A stretch of 46,419 bases of DNA from a virus (taxonomy: Duplodnaviria; Caudoviricetes). Positions 9,925 through 17,949 of this stretch are shown one piece after another. How positions within the stretch are numbered: the stretch's first letter is position 1; each line of letters starts with the position of its first letter. The notes under the pieces were generated by a model that saw only the letters and a list, made by a program, of their open reading frames with translations, was not told the origin of the DNA and did no database searches. A program made the translations under genes and the position numbers. The DNA lies in the IMG/VR virus record IMGVR_UViG_3300005326_000070, positions 1 to 46,419 of that record. One strand, 5' to 3'.

Positions 9925-10112
9925 TGTTTCATCTGGACGCATATAAAGGAGAGTTTACCGAGATGCCGAGAAAACAATGCCCGAAGTGTGGTAGGAATTT
10001 AAGACTGGCTCTACCAGGAAAGACACGTTCTTACATCTGCGTTGATTGCAGAGAAGAATTTTACAATATAGATAACTGTTTAAAAACAAAGGAGGAGTGT
10101 TGTGGAAAGTAA
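9921..10112 (+). CDS. Small zinc-ribbon protein
   Basis: ATGA overlap start; CPKC...CVDC. Confidence 0.55.
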   Translation: MMFHLDAYKGEFTEMPRKQCPKCGRNLRLALPGKTRSYICVDCREEFYNIDNCLKTKEECCGK

Positions 10113-10296
10113 AAAATGGTATGCGTCTAAAGCGGTATGGGCAGGTATTATTACGGTAGTTCTGGCTACTTTAACGGCAGTTGACCAAGCTTTCGGAACT
10201 CAGATTATGACATCTCCGATTGTGAGCGTTGTTCTTGCTATGCTCGGAGCATTGGGAGTGTATGGTCGAGTAACTGCCAACAGCAAAATTGAATAA
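10102..10296 (+). CDS. Holin (2 TM)
   Basis: KKWYASKAVWAGII...LGVYGRVTA pattern, two hydrophobic helices, GGAGG RBS. Confidence 0.75.
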   Translation: MESKKWYASKAVWAGIITVVLATLTAVDQAFGTQIMTSPIVSVVLAMLGALGVYGRVTANSKIE

Positions 10297-10297
10297 T

Positions 10298-10558
10298 ATG
10301 CAGGTGAACAAATGGATTGGAATATCTGTTGCTATATTCGTGCTTTTGTCCGCAGGTTCTTATATCTTGAGAAAAGCCACGGAGAAGACGGACAAGATAG
10401 ACAACCGAGTTCAGTCGATTGTTGTTCACGACGGAGGGAAAGTATTGATTGGGAAAGAAGAAAAGAAATCAGACGAAAGATTATGGTCAATCGGTATTTA
10501 CGGCGGAAAGCTGGGAAATGACAATCAGTTCGGACTAACTCTTGAGAGGAGATTTTAA
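10298..10558 (+). CDS. Membrane-anchored protein, possible spanin-like lysis factor
   Basis: N-terminal TM helix, charged linker, C-terminal amphipathic beta-hairpin ending in Phe; follows the holin. Confidence 0.45.
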   Translation: MQVNKWIGISVAIFVLLSAGSYILRKATEKTDKIDNRVQSIVVHDGGKVLIGKEEKKSDERLWSIGIYGGKLGNDNQFGLTLERRF

Positions 10559-11986
10559 ATGGATTTTATAGTATTGGCAATCTTAAATGTGATTTTCTAC
10601 ATAAGAACCATAGGCTATGGATGTATCATTGACGATTTGGCGGCACAGGAAAGACTACCTGAAGTCAAGACACAAGACTTCTGGGTCAATCTGTGGAGGC
10701 AGTTCAAGCAGGACTATATGGAAAGCCCTGCATTGGGTCATTTGTTCAGCTTTACCTTGCACACGATTAACACAATGCTGATATATGTTCTGTTCGGCAG
10801 GACTCCTGTTGCTATGCTCACGGCGGCGTTGTTCTGTATCAACCCTGTGAATAACATGGCGGCGGTCTGGATGTCAGGCAGACCCTATTCATTGGCGACG
10901 ATGTTTATTCTTATAGGATTCTGCTTTCCGATACTGTTCCCGATAGTGTATCCGATAGCGTTTCTGTGGTCGATTAACTCCACGTTCAGCCCTCTCATGT
11001 TCGTGGTTCTAGGGATGCCGTGGATGGCGGTAATGCTACCGATAATGGGTATAGTAGGAAGCAAGACACACATAAATACTTTAAAACTTAGGCACGAAGT
11101 ATTACCTGAGTATCTAAAGAAGTTCGAGATTAGAAATTTAATTCTTGTGTTTAAGACTGTAGGATATTATACACTTTTATGTATATTCCCGATTCGATTG
11201 GGTATGTGCCATAGTTACCTGCACTCGTTCGGGTTCTCTAGAGAAGAAACCGAGAAGTGGTATAAATTAGATTGGTTCTTTGCGGCAGGGATAGCTTTGA
11301 TAGCTTTTGGGATAATGGGTTCGATATACTTCGGAATGTTGTTTATGTTCGGGTTTATCTGGTATCTGGCTCACATTCTACAATGGTGCAACTGGAAGCT
11401 GATTACTCACCCGATCACCGAGAGATATCTTTACCTTGCCAACGTAGGGTTGATGTTCTTTCTGGCAAAACTGATAATTGGCACAGGGTTTGAGTATGCG
11501 TTTCTAACGCTTTACGCAATTTTAAACTGGAAGTATATACCTGTGTATAAGAACTGCCTAGTGTATTGGAAGTCCAATGTTGAGAACTTCCCAGACGTTG
11601 CTATGGGGTATAACCAATACGGACTAGAGCTTAAGGCGAGAAAGTATCTTGGGACGGCGTTTGATGTTTATATCGCAGGTCTAAAGGTAAGACCAAACGA
11701 TTTCAGGTTATCTTTTAATTCAAGTTTCCTGCTGATTGAACAGGGCAGGTTTGATATTATTGGCAAATTTTTATTGAACGCAGAAAAGAATCTTCCAGAG
11801 GGTTCTAACGGAGAGATGTTTAGACCTACGCTAAATAAGATGAAAGAAGAATGCGCAAAGCACGGACTTATATTTGAAGATGGTGTTCCTGTTGTTGACC
11901 AAAAAGAACCTGTAAAAGAGGAAGTATCAAAAGCAGAAGAAAAAGGAGCTGAAAATGGCACTGACATACCTGGACTTACAAAATGA
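10559..11986 (+). CDS. TMTC-like multi-pass GT-C glycosyltransferase with C-terminal TPR region
   Basis: DD after TM1 (GCIIDD), LHTINTMLIY, LFCINPVNNMAAVWMSGR, ERYLYL, many TM segments, then W+TPR-like helices (YNQYG...AFDVY...RPND). Confidence 0.78.
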   Translation: MDFIVLAILNVIFYIRTIGYGCIIDDLAAQERLPEVKTQDFWVNLWRQFKQDYMESPALGHLFSFTLHTINTMLIYVLFGRTPVAMLTAALFCINPVNNMAAVWMSGRPYSLATMFILIGFCFPILFPIVYPIAFLWSINSTFSPLMFVVLGMPWMAVMLPIMGIVGSKTHINTLKLRHEVLPEYLKKFEIRNLILVFKTVGYYTLLCIFPIRLGMCHSYLHSFGFSREETEKWYKLDWFFAAGIALIAFGIMGSIYFGMLFMFGFIWYLAHILQWCNWKLITHPITERYLYLANVGLMFFLAKLIIGTGFEYAFLTLYAILNWKYIPVYKNCLVYWKSNVENFPDVAMGYNQYGLELKARKYLGTAFDVYIAGLKVRPNDFRLSFNSSFLLIEQGRFDIIGKFLLNAEKNLPEGSNGEMFRPTLNKMKEECAKHGLIFEDGVPVVDQKEPVKEEVSKAEEKGAENGTDIPGLTK

Positions 11987-13184
11987 GGTAAAGAGGAGAG
12001 CCACCAGAGAACAGGGTGGAACTCAGTTCGATACCGCTATCAAGAACATTATAAATACTTCTTTGTTTAGAGTGTGCCGTGAAGCTCTATGGAGACCACT
12101 TCGCAGGAACGCTACAATCACGACTAAGACAAGCTACACCACAGGAACAGGGTATGTATCGGCTACCAGCTCAAGCACGACTGTGAACGTCCTAGGGGCG
12201 ACTTTTATCACAGACGGAGTGGAGATAGGTCGTAGGGTGAAACTGTCAGGCGATTCTGATTACTTCTATGTCAAGCAGATAACCGGAGAGACATCACTTG
12301 TCTTGGATATGCAGTATTCAGGCACTACCACGACTTCGGGAACTTACGAGATACTACCTCAGGCTGAGTATAATCTGCCTGTCCAATGCGGTCACAGAGC
12401 GTTTCTATGGCACGAGGACTACGGATATCCTTACTTAATGGGATATGTCGTTGACCAAGACTTTTACAGGACAGGGCTTCACCTTACTGAGAAGAACGTG
12501 CCGACTAACTATCGGATGTGGGGAGAGAACATGGCGATTAAGAGCGTCCTTACTCCTACGTCAATAGCGGTGTTCTCGACTTCTTCAAACGATACGAACT
12601 TAGACGTTACTATTTTCGGAACTTCTGGCGGTTATCCTGCCTGCGAGACGATCAAAACTTCCTCTGTCAGCGGTGCGACAGTAACCACAGGGATTACGTC
12701 TTTTTCGGAGATTGAAAGAGTGGTCAAGAGCAACAGCTCTCAGGGCAGAATCAGCGTTACCGCATCAGGGAACACCTCGATTGTTTACGCTGTGATACCG
12801 CACGGAGATACCACCGCAGGCATACAGTATAAAAAGGTGCAGATTTATCCGCTACCGACAAGAGCGTTTGAGATACACGTCCAGTATTACAAAGACCCCT
12901 ATCGACTGGTCAATGACGGAGATGTCCACGAACTAGGTCAGGAGTTTGACGAGGCGATTATCCTCTTGAGCGTGGCTAAGATAAAGGCAGAAAGCTCTCA
13001 GACCGAGGCTTCTAATTTCTACTCTCTGTATCAGGACGAGATTAAGTCGCTACGCAGGACTAATGTGGACAAGATAGATTCTTTCTTTAAGATGAGAAAA
13101 CCTTATGGTCAGAACGACCACGTTACCGGAAACTTACTTTACAAACAGGCTGGTTCATACTACGGCCCAGCATCGAGGTATTAA
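11955..13184 (+). CDS. Head-tail adaptor / tail tubular protein A-like with inserted beta domains
   Basis: Helical N-terminus (LTYLDLQNEVKRR) and C-terminal QIYPLP...YYKDP...FDEAIILLSVAK typical of podovirus adaptors. Confidence 0.7.
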   Translation: MALTYLDLQNEVKRRATREQGGTQFDTAIKNIINTSLFRVCREALWRPLRRNATITTKTSYTTGTGYVSATSSSTTVNVLGATFITDGVEIGRRVKLSGDSDYFYVKQITGETSLVLDMQYSGTTTTSGTYEILPQAEYNLPVQCGHRAFLWHEDYGYPYLMGYVVDQDFYRTGLHLTEKNVPTNYRMWGENMAIKSVLTPTSIAVFSTSSNDTNLDVTIFGTSGGYPACETIKTSSVSGATVTTGITSFSEIERVVKSNSSQGRISVTASGNTSIVYAVIPHGDTTAGIQYKKVQIYPLPTRAFEIHVQYYKDPYRLVNDGDVHELGQEFDEAIILLSVAKIKAESSQTEASNFYSLYQDEIKSLRRTNVDKIDSFFKMRKPYGQNDHVTGNLLYKQAGSYYGPASRY

Positions 13185-14717
13185 ATGGCAGGCTCTATTT
13201 TTACTACACCATCTATTCCGTTTGCGGATGTAAAGTTTAACGGCGGTCTGAACACCACGAAAAGCCCCTTAAACTTACAGGATAACGAAAGCCCAGACCT
13301 TAGGAATATAGACTTCGACAAGTCGGGCTCTATCTTAAAGAGGAACGGGTATGTCTGCTTAAACACCGATTCAAGCGTAAGCATTGGCGGAGACGGACTG
13401 TTCTGGTATGAAAAGCTGAACACAAGCTCTCCTGCGCATACAAGGCTTGCTTTGAGGGTTTACAACGGAAAGCTACAAAAGATGGACGACTTGGACGGAA
13501 CTTGGGACGACATCACAGGTGCGGCGACAATAACGAGTTCTAACCATTGCGACTTTGAGAACTTCGACACTCAGGTGTTCATAGCAAACGGAGTGAATAA
13601 GCCTTTTATAACCACAGGTGCGGCGGCGACCACAGCTTCCACTCCGGCAGGAACTTCGATCGTCAGCTTTGTCAAGGGGTTCAATAACTATTTATTTTAT
13701 GCCAATGTTACCGTGAGCGGAGTGTGGTATCCGACAAGACTTTACTGGTCTGCGTTAAGGGATGCTACGACTTGGGATTCGGCAGACTGGGTAGAGGTTG
13801 GCAAGAACGATGGTCAGCCGATAACAGGGATTAAAGTCTTAGGAAATGCTCTGGTCGTTTTTAAGACGGATTCTATTTACAATATTTACTTTACAGGCGA
13901 TTCAGAGATACCGTTCACGGTCCAGAAGTCTGTGTCTCCTGTCGGGTGTCGTATATTCTCAAGCGTGCAGGAAGTTCAGAACGGATTAGCGTTCTTCTCG
14001 AACGACGGATTCTACTATTATGACGGAGTAACCAGCACCAAGATTAGCGACAAGATTTCGGCTACGATACAGGGATACAACTCGACCAATTTTACCAAGG
14101 TTAGGTCTTTGATACAGAAGAACAAGAACCGAGTGTGGTGGGCGTTCACTTCGGGGGGGCAGACTAACAACGACCGAGTTCTGGTCTGGGATTACTTTAA
14201 CAATGCTTGGAGCGAGTATGTAGGTATGTCTGCGTCTGCAATGGCTACCTTTGTGGTCAATGGAGTTGACGAAAGACCATACTTCCAAGACTACACAGGC
14301 AGGGTTTATAGGGGAGATTTCGGCACGAACGACTATCCTCTCAACACGGCAACTGCGATAGACGGATACTACTGGACAAACTGGAGACCTTACAGCGACC
14401 TGACTACTCAAAAGGGAACTCCGAACGTTTATCTTTACTACCCTGCAAGCGATAGCACTCTTAGTTTCTCTCACTCGTTTGACTTTGAAGAGGGTAAGCA
14501 GTTCACCCAGTCGTTTAATATGTCTGCTGGCGGTGCAGAGTGGGACAGCGCAGTCTGGGACAGCTCTACTTGGGCAGGAAGCGGTGGAAAGATTAAAAGA
14601 TTAGACCTTACAGGCAGAGGTAGGGCTGTTAGATATAATTTCAGCAATTCAGTTCTTGGAGAGACTTTTAGAATAGACGGATTCGGTCAGTATCCACACG
14701 CAGAAACTAATGTATAA
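13185..14717 (+). CDS. Tail tubular protein B / nozzle (P22 gp10-like stabilisation protein)
   Basis: FNGGLNT start, RLYWS, GLAFFSNDGFY, VLVWDYFNNAWS beta-propeller pattern; gene position. Confidence 0.78.
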   Translation: MAGSIFTTPSIPFADVKFNGGLNTTKSPLNLQDNESPDLRNIDFDKSGSILKRNGYVCLNTDSSVSIGGDGLFWYEKLNTSSPAHTRLALRVYNGKLQKMDDLDGTWDDITGAATITSSNHCDFENFDTQVFIANGVNKPFITTGAAATTASTPAGTSIVSFVKGFNNYLFYANVTVSGVWYPTRLYWSALRDATTWDSADWVEVGKNDGQPITGIKVLGNALVVFKTDSIYNIYFTGDSEIPFTVQKSVSPVGCRIFSSVQEVQNGLAFFSNDGFYYYDGVTSTKISDKISATIQGYNSTNFTKVRSLIQKNKNRVWWAFTSGGQTNNDRVLVWDYFNNAWSEYVGMSASAMATFVVNGVDERPYFQDYTGRVYRGDFGTNDYPLNTATAIDGYYWTNWRPYSDLTTQKGTPNVYLYYPASDSTLSFSHSFDFEEGKQFTQSFNMSAGGAEWDSAVWDSSTWAGSGGKIKRLDLTGRGRAVRYNFSNSVLGETFRIDGFGQYPHAETNV

Positions 14718-14744
14718 GCGGAGCTAACGCAATAGGAGGACAAA

Positions 14745-15362
14745 ATGGCACTTGTAACAAAGACATACACTTTCGCATCAGGGGAAACCGTCAAGTCGGC
14801 AGAGGTTAATTTAAACTTCGATACTCTTTACAACGACCACAACGGAAACATTACAAACGCTAATATTGCGGCAGGTGCGGCGATCGTCGGCAGTAAGTTG
14901 GATTTGTCAAGCCCTGGGAATATCGGTGCTTCAACTCCAGGCGTTGCAAGTTTTACATCTGCAAACGCAACGTCAATATATTCTTCAGGCGATATTTATA
15001 CAGTTCCATTGACTAATTATAGTAGCTTGACTACGGCCAATGGATGGGCTTCATTTTCAGGTAAGGAAGTTTATTATAGAAAAGTCGGTAAAATTGTTTA
15101 TGTATCATTTTATATCGGTGGAGCTAGCAATAGCACGGCTTCAACATTTACAGTTCCATTTACAGCGGCAGATATACCTGCATATTGGGGAGGACCAATG
15201 GTAGGATGCACCGACAATGGAACTGAGGTTTCTACAGCGGCAAGAGCTGTTGTTGGATTCAATTCAAATCTAGTAACTTTATTTAAAGATATGGGGTTAG
15301 GGCCATGGACTAACTCTGGGACTAAGGTCGTATATGGTTCGTTATGGTATGAATCTGCTTAG
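14745..15362 (+). CDS. Short tail fibre/needle protein
   Basis: N-terminal TFASGETVKSAEVNLNFDTL attachment motif; C-terminal YRKVGKIVYV...FTVPFTA fibre tip domain. Confidence 0.72.
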   Translation: MALVTKTYTFASGETVKSAEVNLNFDTLYNDHNGNITNANIAAGAAIVGSKLDLSSPGNIGASTPGVASFTSANATSIYSSGDIYTVPLTNYSSLTTANGWASFSGKEVYYRKVGKIVYVSFYIGGASNSTASTFTVPFTAADIPAYWGGPMVGCTDNGTEVSTAARAVVGFNSNLVTLFKDMGLGPWTNSGTKVVYGSLWYESA

Positions 15363-15747
15363 TATAGTAATATCAGCAATTCTCTATCGGCTCGGTGGAT
15401 GGAAACCATTCAACTGGTGTAAGCACAATAAACTTATCCGTAGGATAGGAATACCGATTTTAATATTGTTTGTATTAGCACCATTAAATCGTAATGATAT
15501 TATTACAGCAGTATTAGCATTTGTAGCCTTGACTTTGCCTTTAGGAGATGATGAAACTCTGACGCAGAACATTATTTCAGGGCTAGGACTAAGTTTGTAT
15601 GGGTTTATGCTTGAAATATCATGGCTGAACATATTGCCATTTATAGTTTATTTCTTCTCTTTATTGGCGAGTAAGAAAGGTTTAGATTGGTGGATTTGCG
15701 AACTATTTATCGGCATGGCTTTTATTGCACCAGTTTTAAAGTTCTAA
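15349..15747 (+). CDS. Small multi-pass membrane protein
   Basis: About four hydrophobic segments; ILYRLGG motif; AT-rich. Confidence 0.6.
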   Translation: MNLLSIVISAILYRLGGWKPFNWCKHNKLIRRIGIPILILFVLAPLNRNDIITAVLAFVALTLPLGDDETLTQNIISGLGLSLYGFMLEISWLNILPFIVYFFSLLASKKGLDWWICELFIGMAFIAPVLKF

Positions 15748-16191
15748 ATGAAAGACATAATTAAAATTCTAGGAGATGTGTATTATTCCGGTGAGTGGTG
15801 GTCTGAGAACAAACTCTCAAGAGAGGACTTAGACAAATACCACGAGAAACTCTTAAACGACGGAAATATAATATATCTTAGTTTCGGGAATGAGTTTGTT
15901 GGATACATTGAATTTTGGCGAATTAACTACAAGCAGTTAGGGCAGATAGTATGTGATAAGTCCTGGTCTGCGTATTGTGAGGACATCACATCTGGTAATA
16001 TCTGCTATGTGAACAATATCTGGATTTGCGAGAAATACCGCAGAGATAAAGAAATCGATAAGTCAATGAAGGATATGTTCTTTAAGGCAAACAGTAATTG
16101 TGAGTATTTCATTTGGGAGAGGATGAAAAAGAAAAGCCAGACGTTCAAGGTATTTAACAGAAAAGAATTTATCTTAAAAATGGAGGAGTGA
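15748..16191 (+). CDS. GNAT-like acyltransferase
   Basis: VGYIEF...CYVNNIWICEKYRR motif; lies just before the ejection proteins as in many podoviruses. Confidence 0.55.
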   Translation: MKDIIKILGDVYYSGEWWSENKLSREDLDKYHEKLLNDGNIIYLSFGNEFVGYIEFWRINYKQLGQIVCDKSWSAYCEDITSGNICYVNNIWICEKYRRDKEIDKSMKDMFFKANSNCEYFIWERMKKKSQTFKVFNRKEFILKMEE

Positions 16192-16192
16192 T

Positions 16193-16846
16193 ATGGGTGG
16201 TTCAAAGACTGTAGTTCAGAGTTCTTCACAGCAACAGGCAACGCCAACGCCTGAGGAGACAAGGTTAAACCAACTCGAAATCGAAAGGGTTGAAGCTACC
16301 CAGCCAGGGCAGATTGAAACCCAGAAATCTGGATTGAACCTTATCAATCGGCTCTTGGCAGGAGAGACCAATCTTCCAGGGTTCTTCGGGCAGGTCGGAG
16401 AAGGAATCGGAGAAGACATTACAAGCCAGATAGTCAGGCAGTCTTTAAAAGACATCGCCCCTCAGTTCCAAGCACAGGGAATACTCGATAGCGGAACTGC
16501 GGCTTCGATTGCAGGCAGGACTGCGGCAGACATCAGGACAGGGGTTGCAGAGTATAACCTAGGCAACAAGGTCAACCTGTTGAATATGGCTCTTGGCGGT
16601 CAGGCACAAGTCCAACAGCCTCTATTGGCACAATCTGCTAACCTTGGAAGTAGATTGGCAGGGTTAAGGAGTATCTCGGCAAGCGGAACACAGACTACAA
16701 GTGGTGGGATGAATCCATTCCTTAGTGCAGGATTGACAGCGGCAGGAACTGCCTTTGGAAGTCCTTTGGGCGGTGCTTTAGCAGGTAGTTTGTTCGGTGG
16801 AAGCTATGGAAATAAGGGCATGGGAACAGGCGTGGGAGGACGATAA
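16193..16846 (+). CDS. DNA ejection/pilot protein 1
   Basis: MGGSKT start, Gln-rich, Gly/Ala hydrophobic C-terminus; GGAGG RBS. Confidence 0.65.
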   Translation: MGGSKTVVQSSSQQQATPTPEETRLNQLEIERVEATQPGQIETQKSGLNLINRLLAGETNLPGFFGQVGEGIGEDITSQIVRQSLKDIAPQFQAQGILDSGTAASIAGRTAADIRTGVAEYNLGNKVNLLNMALGGQAQVQQPLLAQSANLGSRLAGLRSISASGTQTTSGGMNPFLSAGLTAAGTAFGSPLGGALAGSLFGGSYGNKGMGTGVGGR

Positions 16847-17949
16847 TGGCAAATGACATTTTAAAGCAACTTATAGACCTAGCGAATATCGGATTAGGAA
16901 ACATACCTCAGAATATGTCAGGCGGTCAACAGGCAAGCGCTACGACATCAGGGCAGACTCAATCAACAGCGACTAAACAGCCAAAGCCTAAACCGGAAGA
17001 CCAGTATGCTATGCTTGGACTTGACCCGATAATAATGAAAGCCGTTGACCAGAACGTCAAGAAACTGGTCAAGGAGCAGACTTCTCAGGCGGCACAGGCA
17101 GGAATGACACCTACTCAGATAAGAGAAAAGGGTATGGAGATAGCAAGGTCTGGCTCTGCGTTAAACTCTCAGACCTTACAGCAGGCAGGGATACCACAGG
17201 CACAGCCTCAAGGCATTGGTCAGCCAATGGCTCAGCAACAGACTTTCCAGCCTGCACTCCTTGGAAGATTGCTAGGATTGACCGACCCATCACTGAAAGA
17301 ACAGGCTGGCAGAATAGCCTTACAGGAACAGAAACTGTCTGGGCAAGAACCGCTACAGGCAGGAGAGAGAGAAAAAATCGAAATACAGGGAATGGCTGAC
17401 CTGCAGAAGTCAATGCTTACAGAATTGTTAAAGTCAGAAAAAGAAGGAACTTTGAAACCGAACGAAATATTCTCGCAGTTTGAAAAGGCTTCTCAATCTT
17501 TTGTCGAGATGAGAGACGGATGGGCAAGAATAGAATCTGCGTTCCCGAATCAAGACTTTAAAAACGTAAACCCAGCTTCTGATTTAGACCTTTTGTTCGG
17601 AACTGCAAAAACCCTTGACCCAAGTGGTAGGGTTACAGATAGCGATATTGCAATCCAGCAAGCGGCTACAGGTGCTTACGGAGATCAGATTAAGAAAGCG
17701 GCAATGAGGTTGCAACGCAAAGGATACCTACTGCCGGAAGAAAGAAAAATATTATACTCTGCGGCACAGAAGAGATTCCAAGCTACCGAGAAACAACAGG
17801 CTAAAACCACAGAGGAGTTTTCTCGCCTTGCTATCAGGAATCGACTTGACCCGAAAAACGTAATTAGGGATGTCGGATTTAATCAGGAATCACAGCAGTC
17901 CTCAGGTGGAGTAACTTCGAGCGGAAACAAATTCAGGAGGGTTCAATAA
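16846..17949 (+). CDS. DNA ejection protein 2
   Basis: Gln-rich helical protein, ASDLDLLF...KTLDPSGRV motif, TAATG coupling. Confidence 0.62.
   Translation: MANDILKQLIDLANIGLGNIPQNMSGGQQASATTSGQTQSTATKQPKPKPEDQYAMLGLDPIIMKAVDQNVKKLVKEQTSQAAQAGMTPTQIREKGMEIARSGSALNSQTLQQAGIPQAQPQGIGQPMAQQQTFQPALLGRLLGLTDPSLKEQAGRIALQEQKLSGQEPLQAGEREKIEIQGMADLQKSMLTELLKSEKEGTLKPNEIFSQFEKASQSFVEMRDGWARIESAFPNQDFKNVNPASDLDLLFGTAKTLDPSGRVTDSDIAIQQAATGAYGDQIKKAAMRLQRKGYLLPEERKILYSAAQKRFQATEKQQAKTTEEFSRLAIRNRLDPKNVIRDVGFNQESQQSSGGVTSSGNKFRRVQ

Noticed and set aside
4142-15362. Diversity-generating retroelement or invertible fibre cassette
   Set aside because: No reverse transcriptase, invertase or template/variable repeat pair was seen.
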